Positions 40,320-52,986 of a stretch of DNA of 64,000 nt are shown here, in pieces. Position 1 is the first letter of the stretch. Each line of letters starts with the position of its first letter. Made by a program: the position numbers and the translations under genes. The stretch is from Lytechinus pictus. Taxonomy: Eukaryota. The notes beneath the pieces are model-generated. The model was not told where the DNA came from and did no database searches. It saw only the letters and a list, made by a program, of their open reading frames with translations. The stretch is taken from assembly GCF_037042905.1 (NCBI RefSeq), contig NC_087245.1, positions 20,090,001 through 20,154,000 on the forward strand. The letters are read 5' to 3'.

Positions 40320-40486
40320 GTTAGTTTGACCGCAGTTCCGACTCCTGAGCCCTCGTGAGATAAGAAGACTGTTATATGCTCATGATATCTCTAGATGAGA
40401 TTCTTCTTCTCAATCCGATGAATCGCCATTCAGTATGTTTCCCCCACGATTATGTTGCATAACTCGATCAAGGTACACAATCAGCG

Positions 40487-40907
40487 TACTACTACTGCTG
40501 CTGCTACTACTACTACTACACCTACTTCTACTACTACTATTACTACTAATACCACTACTACTACTAATAATAATAATATTAATACCACTACTACTACTAC
40601 TACTACTTCTACTACTACTACTAATAATAATAATAAAGACAATACTGCTGCTGCTGCTGCTGCTATACTACTAATACAACTACTACTACTACTAATAATA
40701 GTAGTAGTAGTAGTAGCAGTAGTAGTAGTAGTATTAGTAGTGGTAGAAGTAAATCACCATAAGCATAATTATTATTATTATTATTACTATTATCATTATT
40801 TTTATTATATATTGTTATTATTATCATTATTATTAGTATTATCATTATTATTATCATTATTATCATCATCATTATTTATTATTATCATCATCATCATTAT
40901 TATTATT
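40487..40907. repeat. Compound trinucleotide microsatellite (ACT)n/(GCT)n/(AAT)n/(AGT)n/(ATT)n/(ATC)n
   Basis: Direct reading; it explains the poly-T/L/V/Y/I ORFs at 40435-41084. Confidence 0.95.
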
Positions 40908-40963
40908 GCCCTTGCTGATGTTGTTATGTGCATCATTAGCCTAATTGTTAGTTTTTTTTCCAG

Positions 40964-41080
40964 ACGTATCATACGGATAATATTTCCCCATATACTTTAT
41001 CTAATATATATGGACTTTATCTTGGTCGGTTTAATCACCTGCCTGCATTGTTTGGAATGCCTTGGGTCCGAATTCTTACA
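40964..41080 (+). CDS. Tentative exon 2 of the divergent gene, TYHTDNISPYTLSNIYGLYLGRFNHLPALFGMPWVRILT
   Basis: Branch point CTAAT (40941) and acceptor gttttttttccag; 117 nt; donor ACA|gtaaag; open in the phase-0 and phase-2 frames. Confidence 0.4.
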
Positions 41081-41304
41081 GTAAAGACACAAATTGACTC
41101 TTCTCCTCGATTTAAGTAAAGATCTATAATTAACAGAAGTGCTAATTACTAACATCCATTGTGCAAAAAAAATGCTACTGATAAACTGTGAAATCCCAAA
41201 GTTCATCGTTTTTATCATTGTCCTCATCATCTTCTTCACCATCAACATATAAACTCCGTAGCATTCCAGAATGTGAAATGATCTGAATTTATTTCCAAAC
41301 GCAG

Positions 41305-41392
41305 AAATGCTGGTACCCAACCAGCTGGGGTTATTGCGGGGGTTATTGTCCTCATGGTTATGGAACAGCACCAGAAGGGGGTGACGAAGAAA
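41305..41392 (+). CDS. Tentative exon 3 of the divergent gene, KCWYPTSWGYCGGYCPHGYGTAPEGGDEE
   Basis: Acceptor tttatttccaaacgcag, donor AAA|gtatga; a GC-rich block in AT-rich flanks; 88 nt, open in frame with the previous exon. Confidence 0.4.
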
Positions 41393-41938
41393 GTATGATA
41401 TTGTTTTTAATTTCTCCAACAAATACTTACAGATACTTTTATTTTCCAAACTGCGTCTACTTATTATTGCGACCTTTATTTTTTTATGTAAGTTTATGAA
41501 ATGAGTTTAGGGGATTGCCTGTCATACATTTTTTTTTGGGGGGGCAAGTCCCTTCGTTTTACTTTTAAATACAAAAATAAATTCTATTTTTTCTTTATGC
41601 ACTAAAAAAAGGGTTCTTATAGAGGATTATGTTTGCCTGTCCCGTATTTGGAAGCTTTGAAATTGCTCATGAAAGGTTCTAAATTACCTTAAACAGCCAA
41701 TTTGGAACCTTTGGGGGTTCTTTACACAACAATTTAAGATTCTTGAACACTTATAGAACTTTTATTGGAAACCCCTTTTCTCGATGGTTCCGAATATGGG
41801 ACAACTGGGTTCCAATTTGCACCCTTTTTCGAAGAGGGTTAACGAATTTCAAAATAAAAAAATAATTAATTTACCTTCTCTCAAATGTGTCAATGACCAC
41901 ATCTTCAAATCATATTTTATACTTTATACTTGAAATAG

Positions 41939-41978
41939 ATCAAGAGCCTCTGAAGGTAGTTCCATTCAATATACACAG
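41939..41978 (+). CDS. Tentative exon 4 of the divergent gene, NQEPLKVVPFNIHR
   Basis: Acceptor ttttatactttatacttgaaatag, donor CAG|gtatca; 40 nt, phase 1 to phase 2, open. Confidence 0.3.
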
Positions 41979-42066
41979 GTATCAGAATCAATCATGGAAG
42001 AGCATTTCAGTAGTATGTCATCGAAATATATCATTTTATATCTTAATATCCAAATGTATCAACCAG

Positions 42067-42157
42067 ACTAAGCTCAAGGTTGTTTCGGGCAACCCGGGAG
42101 GGGGGCCGGGGGAAATCCCTTTCCGCGCATCCTTACTTCAATAGAGAAGTGAATTAA
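42067..42157 (+). CDS. Tentative last coding exon of the divergent gene, LSSRLFRATREGGRGKSLSAHPYFNREVN*
   Basis: Weak acceptor tgtatcaaccag after an 88-nt intron; GC-rich block; the frame closes at TAA 42155-42157. Confidence 0.25.
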
Positions 42158-43324
42158 TACAAACGATCCCGCCATGATTTTAAATTATGAGACTGTTGTT
42201 TGCATAATAACTATGAATTATGAATTATATAAGCTTGGTACCAGGCAAATTATTAATGGTTAGGTCAATGCCATTTTGAAAACGCCCTTATATACACTGA
42301 TAATATACATGTAGACAGCTGTATACAGGGATTGATATTAGAAAAGTGATGGTTAAAGAATCAATGGGGCCAGGGGGGTAAGAGAGGATGTTGGGTCAAG
42401 ACTCCTTCCAAGGTAATAATGGATGGATGGATAAATGAATGAATGAATATACTTCAGATTTATTTGTTTTCTGCTGCATACCCCCGAGCGTATAGGGCCT
42501 ACAGTACATCTATGCGTTGTGTAGTGTGAATACGAAATTATTAGTTAACACAGTATACATCATAGACAAGTAGACACCAGTCATGCCAGTGGTAGTATCC
42601 TAGGGGACTAATCATAGCCCAACAAGCTGTCATCAATCTGGTGACGTAGACCAATATTGCTCTGCTAATCACCCCCCCCCCCCATGGCCCTGCAGGGAAG
42701 CGGAGATGCTGAGGGTGCTGAAGCATCCCCGAAAAATTTCCATTGGGGTGCTGTGTGTATTATTCTCCATTGGCAGCAACCCCAGGTATACTGGAAGATG
42801 TGGAAAATGAAAAATTTAACCAAAATGACTTTCGGCAATAAAACCCTTTTTTTATTTTCTTTTCTTTCTTTTTAAATTGTTATGCATTCTGTAGTGAAAA
42901 GCCCCCCACTTTTTTTTTTTTTTTTTTTTTTTTGGGGGGGGGCTTTTTAAATATCTCTGTACCAATTTATTTTCCCCCAGTCAAAAAATCGTTTCCAGGG
43001 CCCTGCCCCCCCCCCCTCCCTCCATTCCCTCTTCCCAATACAATCGATGAAAGGTTTATACACACAAACTACGTTAACATTTATGAGAAGGGGATGTTGA
43101 GCAGGCTCGAGCATTTTAAGATCAAAGAATGCCACCCCCCCCCCCCTTTCAGAGACTTTGTGAAATCATTTCAAACGCACTTCCTCTGTCTTTTTTTATT
43201 ATGGTAACACTGTAAGTTCATGATTCCATTGTAGACCTTCAAGTGGACATGAATTTTATACGTTGAAAAAGCAGCGGACATCTTTTGGGATTGTGTTCAA
43301 ATATAAAGATTATATAGAGTGAGA

Positions 43325-43480
43325 AATAGATAAAAGATAAATAAATAGGAGAAAAGAAGGGAAGAAAAAGAAAGAAAGAAAGAAGGGAAGAAAAAGACAG
43401 AAAGAAACTTAAGAAAGAAAGAAAGGAAAGAAAAGAAAGAAAGAAATATAACACAAAGAAAGAAAGAAATATACAGTATG
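43325..43480. repeat. (AAAG)n purine-rich simple repeat
   Basis: Direct reading; source of the F/L/S-rich ORF 43239-43631. Confidence 0.85.
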
Positions 43481-44936
43481 AAAGACAGGAAATAGGTCCT
43501 GGTGGCTTTCTTTCATTTTTAAACGTGGAAACTGGATGTTTATCCCAAAAGTCTGTTTTATCCAACAGTGACTTTAGTATTAGCGCCTCCAAGCGAATAA
43601 AATACAAGGAATTTGTTTTGTCAAGTAACAAAATGTTACTGAAACGCTGCCGCTCTCATGGTATACTTGCTATATCAATGTTTGATGGAAAATGCTTTTA
43701 AAAGTTTTATTTTTGAAATTTCCGTGGATGGGATAAGGCACCCATGTCCTCACTGCTGCGTGCAACCGTAATGTTTCTACAACCACTGTAATTTTATATC
43801 GGCTTTGCAACGCATTTAATTCAAAAGCTCAAACTCAAACTCCCATTAACTGATTAAAAAATGATGAGCCAATGAGAATGTTATACATACCTTTTAAAAA
43901 AAAGCTATTTGAAAATTAATTAATTCTCTGATTTTGTGTAGTTATATGACAAATACTCCTACTTGCACCCGTGTTTAAAGCCTTAACACTGCAAACAATC
44001 GCTATTTTGATGCATTTTGGTCAATGTCTCATTATTTCATTCTTTTTCTCAGAGCAGCGAAATTGTCTCTCCATATTAATCAAAATCGCGTTTGAATATG
44101 CCAAGACAAAATTAATTTGTCAAGTTATTATGACTGGTGAAACAATCATGTCAATTTCTTGTATTCAATTCATTTCCGTAAGGAAAATATGCTTTCTTTA
44201 TTAACAGATGGGGTGCGTTGTCTTTGTTCATTTTGAAAATTCGATGTCGTTGGGTTTCTCGCCACGCTCTTTCGATTTTCCCCCTCTTTTTCTTTTTTTT
44301 TAGGGGGGGGGGGGGCTTGCTTCATACAAGCAACCCTTTATAATTTTTTTATTAATCTTGCCAATGCCAGAGAGGGAGACAAAACTATCGCACCCCTACC
44401 CCCATGCATTCAAACCGCAGGGATATGATCCATCTTTTCCAAACACCCCCTCCCCCTTGCATGGTGACCTGGACTTTGAGTCTGAAATCACCTTGGGAAT
44501 AACCAAAAAGCAATTAGCTGACAGTATGAAGGGTCTACGTAATCACCCCCCATTACATCGAAAACACCTCGTTATCAGTTTACCCTTGACCCGCTCAGCC
44601 TTCTCTATCATGTCTATATGAAAATTAAAATACTTGGGTTTCTTAATTGAATTATCATGTGTTTTCTTGTAAATCTGCGAGAAGTAAATGAGAAAAAAAA
44701 GGTTTCAATTGAGAAATGTAATGAGATTCATCGTTCTGATTGCTCAAACGATCTACATTTCGTTAATTGGCCTAATCTAAAAATAAAGGGAACCTGTATC
44801 CATGATTAATTTTGAGAGAATATTAATATATAGCGCGAAAACCAACTGGACTTTTGAATGTATTTCTGTCTTAAAGTTCACCCTCTCTTTCCCTCTCACT
44901 CCCCCCACCCTCTTAAATGATATTCTTTTACCGAAT

Positions 44937-45290
44937 TCCATTTATTCAAATTCAATTCAAATTCAAATTCAAATTCATTTATTTCACTTCCATCAAACAA
45001 AAACAAATTGTATACCATATATAAAACATAAATATTTGTATCCGTTGCAAACAAAATTAATTATACATATGTAGTGAAAAAAAAACACTTAGACGATTTG
45101 GGCAACACATTGTAGGTTTTAAATATATATACTATTTTTCAATAGAAATTAAATTAAGATGGAAATGGAGGGACCCACTAAAAAGCAATGCTTGTACAAT
45201 GTGGGCCCCTCAAGAAATAGATAACACAACAAATAACAAAATAACAAAGTATGAATACAGATAATCAAATGAGAAAAGAATGAATAAATG
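44937..45290 (-). mobile_element. LINE-type 3' end with a (TTTGAA)n tail
   Basis: (TTCAAA)n array then TTTATT on the plus strand; stem-loop GAGGGACCCAC...GTGGGCCCCTC at ~45168-45211, similar in layout to the insert at 13063-13293. Confidence 0.55.
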
Positions 45291-45468
45291 AGAGGGAAAT
45301 ACTCACAAAATAAATACAAAGTAAAAAAAAAAAATTTAGGTTGTGTGTGTGTTTTTTTTTTGGGGGGGTGGGGTATTCTGTCTGTATTCTTTTTGCTTTC
45401 GTTTATGATATTTCTCTTTCACTCTCTCTCACGCTTTCTCTCTCCCCCTCTCTCTCTCTCTTGTTGTA

Positions 45469-45629
45469 CACAGTAAAATCAATGTTTAAATTTGTTATAC
45501 AACGCTATTTACTACATGAACCTTTTAAAACAGTGAAACAAGCGTTTAGAATATTTAACAACAAGGTTTAATTTCTTATATTTAATTCTCAATAGCTTAG
45601 TAGACATCGTATTAACAGCTTTTACTGTG
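45469..45629. mobile_element. Short element with CACAG termini (CACTA/CMC-like MITE)
   Basis: 10-bp TIR CACAGTAAAA/TTTTACTGTG with internal TTTAAA/TTAACA repeats; the TSD is not clean. Confidence 0.45.
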
Positions 45630-46566
45630 ATAGCATATTTTTGTTCCAAATTTTATTTAATTTAGTGTCGGAAAGGGCAGGGCTTGATAAATTGATTGGT
45701 CCTATCCTGACTGCAAACTAACGACATTTTTGTAATCCGTGGTAAAGTTGTGGTTTATATAGAATTTGTATTGGAACAAGACCAAGAAGTTTAACGAATT
45801 CAGCCCTTGCATGCAAAATTTGAACAAACATGTTGAATCCAAAACTATAGACAATATAGATTTACTCAAAACATCTTGTTTTAAAATATCTCACATCAGC
45901 ATTATTCAAATAGGTCCACATAGGTCGTGAAAATACAAATTAATTTAAAATGCAATTAATTATATTGTTGTTAGTATGTGTATAGGTTTCTTTCTACCTC
46001 CATGGTTCAATGGTTTCCCACAGCATACTGTGCGCCTCTGAAGATTCTATGGGCAAAGTGGTATCATAAATCGAATATTCTCTTTTGGTTATTACAGTGG
46101 GCAGTGAAGTTTCTATTGGAAAATGTTCATTTTATTGAGGAGTCTATGACGTGAATAAAATTATGTTTCCATTTGTATGATGCTATAATGCTACTACAAA
46201 CATCACTGATTTTGCTTGATATGCTCGCTCACTGATATTACAAAAAATGGTAACACACACATGCAAGATGACAAATCTGTATAATGTAAATTTTTTTCTA
46301 GATGTATTTTGGTGACAAATGGCAGTGGCGTACAGATGTGGAGGGGGGGGGGGGCTCTTATCCCCAGAATTTTTAAAACCAAGAAAAAAAGAGGAAGGGA
46401 AAGAAAAGGAAGAAGGGTGAAAAATTATACAATTTTCTAGATATTATGTCAAAAATCTGTCATAAAATTGGATTATCGTAATAGAAATGGCCTTTTTATT
46501 TACTCTTTCGCTTCACTAGCTCGCAACTTTTTATAACTTTCACGCAATAAGCCATATGTAGCCCCC

Positions 46567-46837
46567 TCAAATAGTATGTTTCAATATTACAGATTCGTAT
46601 CTATTATGGATCTCTATCAGTCATGTTTCATTTCTTGGAAGCTTTGTTCTTTAAAAGAAACCATGTAAAACATTGGCCGGCTGGCGAAATATCAGTCCAA
46701 TTACCCGGCCGTTTAATTTTGGATAAAAAAAAATTACCCAAAAGCATTCTTTTAAAGAACAAAGCTTCCAAGAAATTAAACATGTGATAGAGATCCATAA
46801 TAGATACGAATCTGTAATATTGAAACATACTATTTGA
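46567..46837. repeat. Near-perfect inverted duplication (93/91-bp arms, 87-bp spacer)
   Basis: 46567-46659 is the reverse complement of 46747-46837 except for one 2-nt indel and one substitution. Confidence 0.95.
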
Positions 46838-47810
46838 ATCGGATTAAGATCTCATTTAGATCAAATACTCCATTCAAGAGTTTTGTTTATATTTATGAAT
46901 TATTAGTATGAATTCAAGAGGACAGCGCAATGATTTTTTTTTCTTGAAATTTCTTCCCCCCCCCCAAAAAAAAAAGGTCATATTTTTCGAACTTGTTGGT
47001 TAACTTTATATTCTAATTTTGAAATTGTACGTGTGTATGTATGCAAAAGGGCGGCGTCAAGATTTTTCGATGGGGGGGGGGGGGGGCAACACGACCAAAA
47101 GAGTATGTCATTTTGTTTCAATTGCAAACAGGGGTTATGTAGAGTAACACGATCCATATCTGACTTCTTGATTAGGGCCTTGTCTTTATTCGTTCTTCCC
47201 TTCTTTTCTTTTTCATCATTTTCTCCTTTGTTATTTTTTTCACTACTTTGAACAAACATAGGGAGGCATTCGCCATCCTTAGTGACGCCACTGGTATTTA
47301 TGGTCGAGTATTTGAATACTAGCGTTCTTCCTAAAGTCATGCGCGCGCAGTGCAACGAGCTTGTAAAAGTTGGGATGAGATTAACATGCTTTGTTTGCGA
47401 TACTGTTACGGCACATTTTGGTAAATTGCACATTTGGCAATTTCTATTACTTGTGTGTATTTTGTTGGTAGCTTTGTCCTTTGAAAGACTATGAAAATTT
47501 TTAGCTAGCTTACAATCCACTAACCTGGTCGTTTAATTTTGGCCCTCTATACGACTGCCCATGAAGAAAATTACCCGAAACTTACGCGCGACTTACACGG
47601 CTTTTTCTAAGCACCTTTTGTAATCATGAACAGGATAGGTATCGAACTGAATTGTTGGGCGAGGTGCGAGCTCTTTTATTTTTATTTTTTTCACTTTCCG
47701 ACTTGAAAAACTTTACAGTTTAATCACATTTTTGCCAAGAAGAAGATATGCATTTCACTAAATCGAGCGCGAAAACCGAGCTGATTTCTGATAATTGTTT
47801 AAGCTGTTAA

Positions 47811-48165
47811 AGGACAAGTTCACCCCCCAAAAAAATGATGTGAATTAAAAGAACAAATCCAACAAGCAACACGCTGAAAATTCCATCAAAATCGGTTGTA
47901 AAATAATAAAGTTATGACAATTTTAAGTTTCACTTCATCTAAAAAAACAGTTATCCTGCTCGGAATGCAAATGAGGGGATTGATGACGTCACCCACTCAC
48001 TATTTTTTTTTTTTTTTTTTTTTTTTTATAGTTTATTACGTGAAAATTCAATACTGAATATTTTCATTTTCTCCTCGGTAACAAAGTTTTATTCCTCCCT
48101 GAACAGGTGGAATTACCAATTTTCTGGTTCAGTCAAGTGGGTCATTTTGTGAAATCTGTAAAATT
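47811..48165 (+). mobile_element. Truncated copy of MITE family A
   Basis: TTAA|AGGACAAGTTCACCCC...CATCAAAATCGG...GGTTCAGTCAAG; the right part is missing. Confidence 0.75.
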
Positions 48166-51100
48166 ATTCAAAGCGCGAAATAACATATTTGATATACTGT
48201 CCTGAAAATGAAGGTTTCTTTGAAAAAATGATTGTGGGAAATCCAAAAGAGGATACGTATCTTTTTGCGAGCGCGTAGCGCGAGCTGATTTTTTGTTTCA
48301 TGTTCAGCAATTTTGTTGTAATCAGGAACAAGATGCGTATATATCTAAACATAAAAAAAGCTAATCCCAAGCAGAACTGTTTTCATTTGTGCATATTGAC
48401 TTGAAAACGGGACATTTCAAGCTTTATGAAATCCTCATGAGCAGAATTTAATAGCCCCACCCCTTTTCCCTCCTCCACCGCTGATTAAAAGCTCCTCTCT
48501 ACCAGTTACGCTATACCAAGGTGTCCTCCAATCATCCACGGGTCCCTCTAAAAATATTGTGTAAGGACCACTCCTACAATTCAACTCTTTTCTGAAAAGC
48601 AAAAAAAAAAATTATGCCTAAAACAATGAACGAGTGAAAATCATCAAACGCAACCTAAAAGTTGAAAACGCCCCATAACTAACAGGCGGCGCGCCTTGAT
48701 TCGAGGTATTTAAGGCAAGTATCCAAAGTAGGACAAAATGGGTGATAAGGAAAAAAAAAACCCACAAAAAACACGAAATGATTGATAAAGAAAGATCCTT
48801 TATGAAATAATAAACAATGTTGTTAGAGGTTAATATGAAATCATCGCCACAAAGTGTCAAACTCTTCGCTCGTAAGAATTCACTTACTTGTCAAAGGGGG
48901 CGCCCCACCCACCACAGCATTAGTGTTCCTGTCATTGAGATATATATATATATATATAGTATACATCTTTATGGTTCCTGTATACAGGAACAATACACAG
49001 CATGCAATGTAAACTCAATTGGGACAAACCATGCACTGTTTCCGTAAATAACATTGGTGGGTTAACACGTTATTAAACAACGGTTATTTCATGCATGTGG
49101 TAATATTCTACTTATTGTTTCTTTGTTTTGGTTATTACACATTATCATGGGTCATCAAGACCAATCAGTTTCCCTGCAATATACCATTATTTAAATATCT
49201 TGGAATACACATGATAGCGGCCGAGACAAACTTGACATTTATATCGATCATCTTAAACTACTTTTTGTATCCATAAATGTTAGACATATTTGTCACTATG
49301 CTTTCATAACTACAACACCTTTTGATTTCTACAGCAATTGATGCTCCATGTCTGAACATTGATAAAAGGTGTCTTACATAATTTTTTTTTTAATCATTAA
49401 AATTTTAACCAGGCCCTAGGCTACAGACAATACAATCAATAGACTTAGTGTAACGGGATATTAATACAAGTCGGTCCATTGTAGGCCTGGCGGCACCGCC
49501 GTGGTAGGGCTAAGGCCCCCGCAAAAGATATTACATTTTTCTGATAACCGAACGTATGACAAACACACTACGACCATACTCTGGTCATTGTATTTACATA
49601 GCCCGCTTTACATTCTGTGCTTGTGGGTGGGGAAATACCTTTATTTTATAACCAAATCGAACAAAATACTTTACTTGAGTGTGTTTCATAAATTTATGAC
49701 TAACTTTGGAAATGACTAGATCATAATGTAAGCCCCTTCTCTTCTAATATTTAGCAAAAAATATTAATTTAGCGTTCCATATTCCAAACTCGTTTTATAA
49801 TGGGAAAATAATATAAAAGAGTAGCTTTCTGAAGTTGCCATTATATATAGGTGCAGGGCAGTCGTGTTGAAAAGAAAAGAAGAAAACATAAAATAAAAAA
49901 CATATAAATAAATAAATAACGTTTGCTATTTGGTTACAAGGTATTTTTATTAAGCAAATATACTTGAATCATATTGAAATAGCATCATAATAATGATAAT
50001 TTCCTCATTGCATCAGTTTCCGCACCATTTCTCGGTAATGTCATTATCTTAAAGAATTAAGGCCCTTTAAACGCTTAATGCATTGTGTTAGATTTAAAAT
50101 GCCTTCTATTTTTTTAAACGTTTTTGTTGATTTAGATCACATCCTCCAGATGTTTCTCAAGGGGCGGCGCAACAAAGGATTGGGGGCCCCTATAATTTTG
50201 AAAGTAATGAATATCAAGAAGAATACGAATAAGGGGCAAATAATGAGGAAAATTAAAGAAAAGAAAAAAGAACATTGAAAAGAGACGGTAATAATTTGAT
50301 CTTTCTATCACGCTGTAGGCCTATAATTTCATGAGCCAAAAGGTCTCTAGGCCCACAGTTAAAACGAACAAAGGGTAATTTTGATATTAAAAAAAATGTT
50401 CTCATTTAATATCCCTTTTTGCCGCCCTAAATGGATTTTTCGTCCCTTTATGTTCCATTTTTATTATTCATTATTCGCAGTGTACTTTTACTGCCGCATG
50501 CAAAAGTGCCGTGGTTTACACAGTACTTTGTCCTTGTAAATGTACAACAACTCTGTAATTTCGCCATTAACACCATAACCTATTATCATATACCCGACAG
50601 ATAACCAATATAGTTCCCTGCTTGAGCATGTTGAAGGAGGGGAACTATATCGATGCGACTTCCTCCATGTTTGATGTATAAAAACACAGAAGTGATGGAC
50701 AAGCTGCAGTTAAAGAAATATGAATAAATATCGTACATTAACGATTGTAACGTGATCTTTTTATAACATGAAACAAAACACACCAGCTTTGCATTCTGGG
50801 ATAGGGTCGGTTCTCCCCCAAAACATAATGCCCTGTAACTCCAAAATAATATTCTATATTTCATGACGTGTCTATTAGAGTAAAGTTTAAAGCCTACTGA
50901 AAACGTGCCTTTCTGTTTGTCAACACCGCCATACTTATATATTTTTAGTATCGATCGACGCCAAGGATGATTAAGTATTAACGATCGTCTGCATGCAGAA
51001 CCATGAAATGTACAACAATTTCATAATTTATTTTACTTTCTTTGGCGCCATTTATTTACATTAAAGTAGACGTACTATTTGAGTTAATATTTGAAAAGTA

Positions 51101-52986
51101 AAAAAATATTCCTAGTTCTAGATTTGCTTGACCCAATCTATAAAATGAATATGTAGTACTATTATCATCCACATAATTATCGTTCCCGTCGAAATCCCTA
51201 TTTTAATCAACATCATCGTCGTCATCATCATCATCAACATCATAATTGTCCTCCTCGTCATCAGCAGCAGCACCATCATCATCCTCCTCCTCAGGGATAC
51301 TTTGAAAAAGTTGAGAAAAAGAAGGGTCAAATGAAGGACGGTTGTTTCATATCTAATGCTGATAAAGATCTAATATTCATGTAACGTTTGCCTTCATTCT
51401 TTGTGGCTTATTAACATTTTATGCATAACATATGCCCTAGGGAATAATGTTAAGAATGATATCTTCTTCGTCAGACAGAAACATTAGATCTCAAATGATA
51501 CTTCTCAGTGTGTCACAGAGAGCGTTGGATATTGCAAAGAAGCGAGGGGCTGTATTACATTCCTACATGCTGCTCTCTGATCACGTGATATACCGTGAAG
51601 ACCAGCGTGGCGCCACCTTTGGCCACGAGCATGTCCCCACTGAGCACTAACAACAATGAATTTATATAGTGCAGTCATTCTAGTAACTTTCTCGGTTATT
51701 CCATTAAATTTGAACGTCCGTGTGTATTATGTTGGGAATGAATGTTGAAATATTCTAAAGTTATGCAAGATAGACCGCTCTCTTACCACGCTTTAAAATG
51801 TAGATTCCCGTGCAACTGCAGAAGCAAGCGAGTTAAAATCTCTTCGGAATTCGTGTGTTCACATTAACAGATCCATTAAACAGAAACAAAGCTTGACTTA
51901 GGGTAGACATTAATATTTAAGAAAAACCAATATTAACTTATCATTAGCTGTGTGCACTGTGGCGTTTGTAAATCTTTAAAAAATATTTTGATTGAATAAT
52001 CACAGGCCTTAAACCATTTCCGGTATCAAACTTTCGCTTCCACCATTTGGAGTTCTTAAAACAGAAGATATTGATAACCCAGTGAATGCTTCATATGCCA
52101 CTCCCCCCCCCCCCCCCACACACACACTCGAAAAGCAATAATCATGCGATGGTTTTGTGACCAGATAAAAATGTAGGTCATTCGTGACGTAATAATCGCA
52201 TCTCCACGATGCAGAAATGAATTTTGCCGAACATCGGGTCAATAACCGGTAACCCGCGAATCTTCAGGACAAACTTACACCTCACCTCGTCGCTGGATGA
52301 CGATAATGTTCGGTCCTACTAAAGTTTGATAATGTAAAGATATCCAGTGGCGCTGTGGCCTTTCGTGACGGTAATGAGAAGGGGGCAGTGCCAAAGGGGT
52401 GTCGGCGTTAGTATGATGTGCTTTCGCTTAATCACGAGACTACATAGGGGCTGTGAGAGGTGCATGGTCATGAAGTCCAGCATTTGAAATTAGGTTTATT
52501 GCCTTTGGTAGAGCAGTTCATATTCTATCCCTTTCCTTCAATTTTCTGTCTTTACTTTCTTATAATGTGCAGGGGCCGTTGCTTCAGTAGGTTGTTGCCC
52601 ACAGGCTTCATTTACATAATATTCTCTCTGAGGATATCGTGTGGGGATGAAAGAGAATTGAAATGACCTATGAGATATTTAGACATTCTCTCCACAAATA
52701 CTGAAATTGGTAATAATTTATTATTTCAATTTACATTGTTAGTCGTGTTCGGGCCTGTCACTTGAATGTTTTAGTGGGAGTGTGCAAACATACGCAGGCT
52801 GGCAAGCCGTTTACTGTTCTGATATCAAGTATTCAATCAACATCATGATGATATTTCATAATAAATTTGATTTTGTGTTGCACTTGTTAAAAATGCAATT
52901 CTTAATATCAAGCAATGTGACGGATGACCACAATGACAGTACGTTAACATAAGCTGGTTAAAATACCCAGTGTGACAACCCTTTAA

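Noticed and set aside
40150..40432. Structured ncRNA (RNase MRP/P, telomerase RNA, SRP, 7SK or snRNA)
   Set aside because: GGGGCTC is present, but I found no partner P4 motif, telomeric template, SRP Alu motif or Sm site; an Infernal/Rfam scan would settle it.
40435..41084. 210-aa and overlapping ORFs
   Set aside because: They are translations of trinucleotide microsatellites; only the 3' part is reconsidered as a spliced exon.
46978..47520. 180-aa minus-strand ORF
   Set aside because: It crosses a G/C homopolymer and a repeat remnant; no recognisable domain or exon boundaries.
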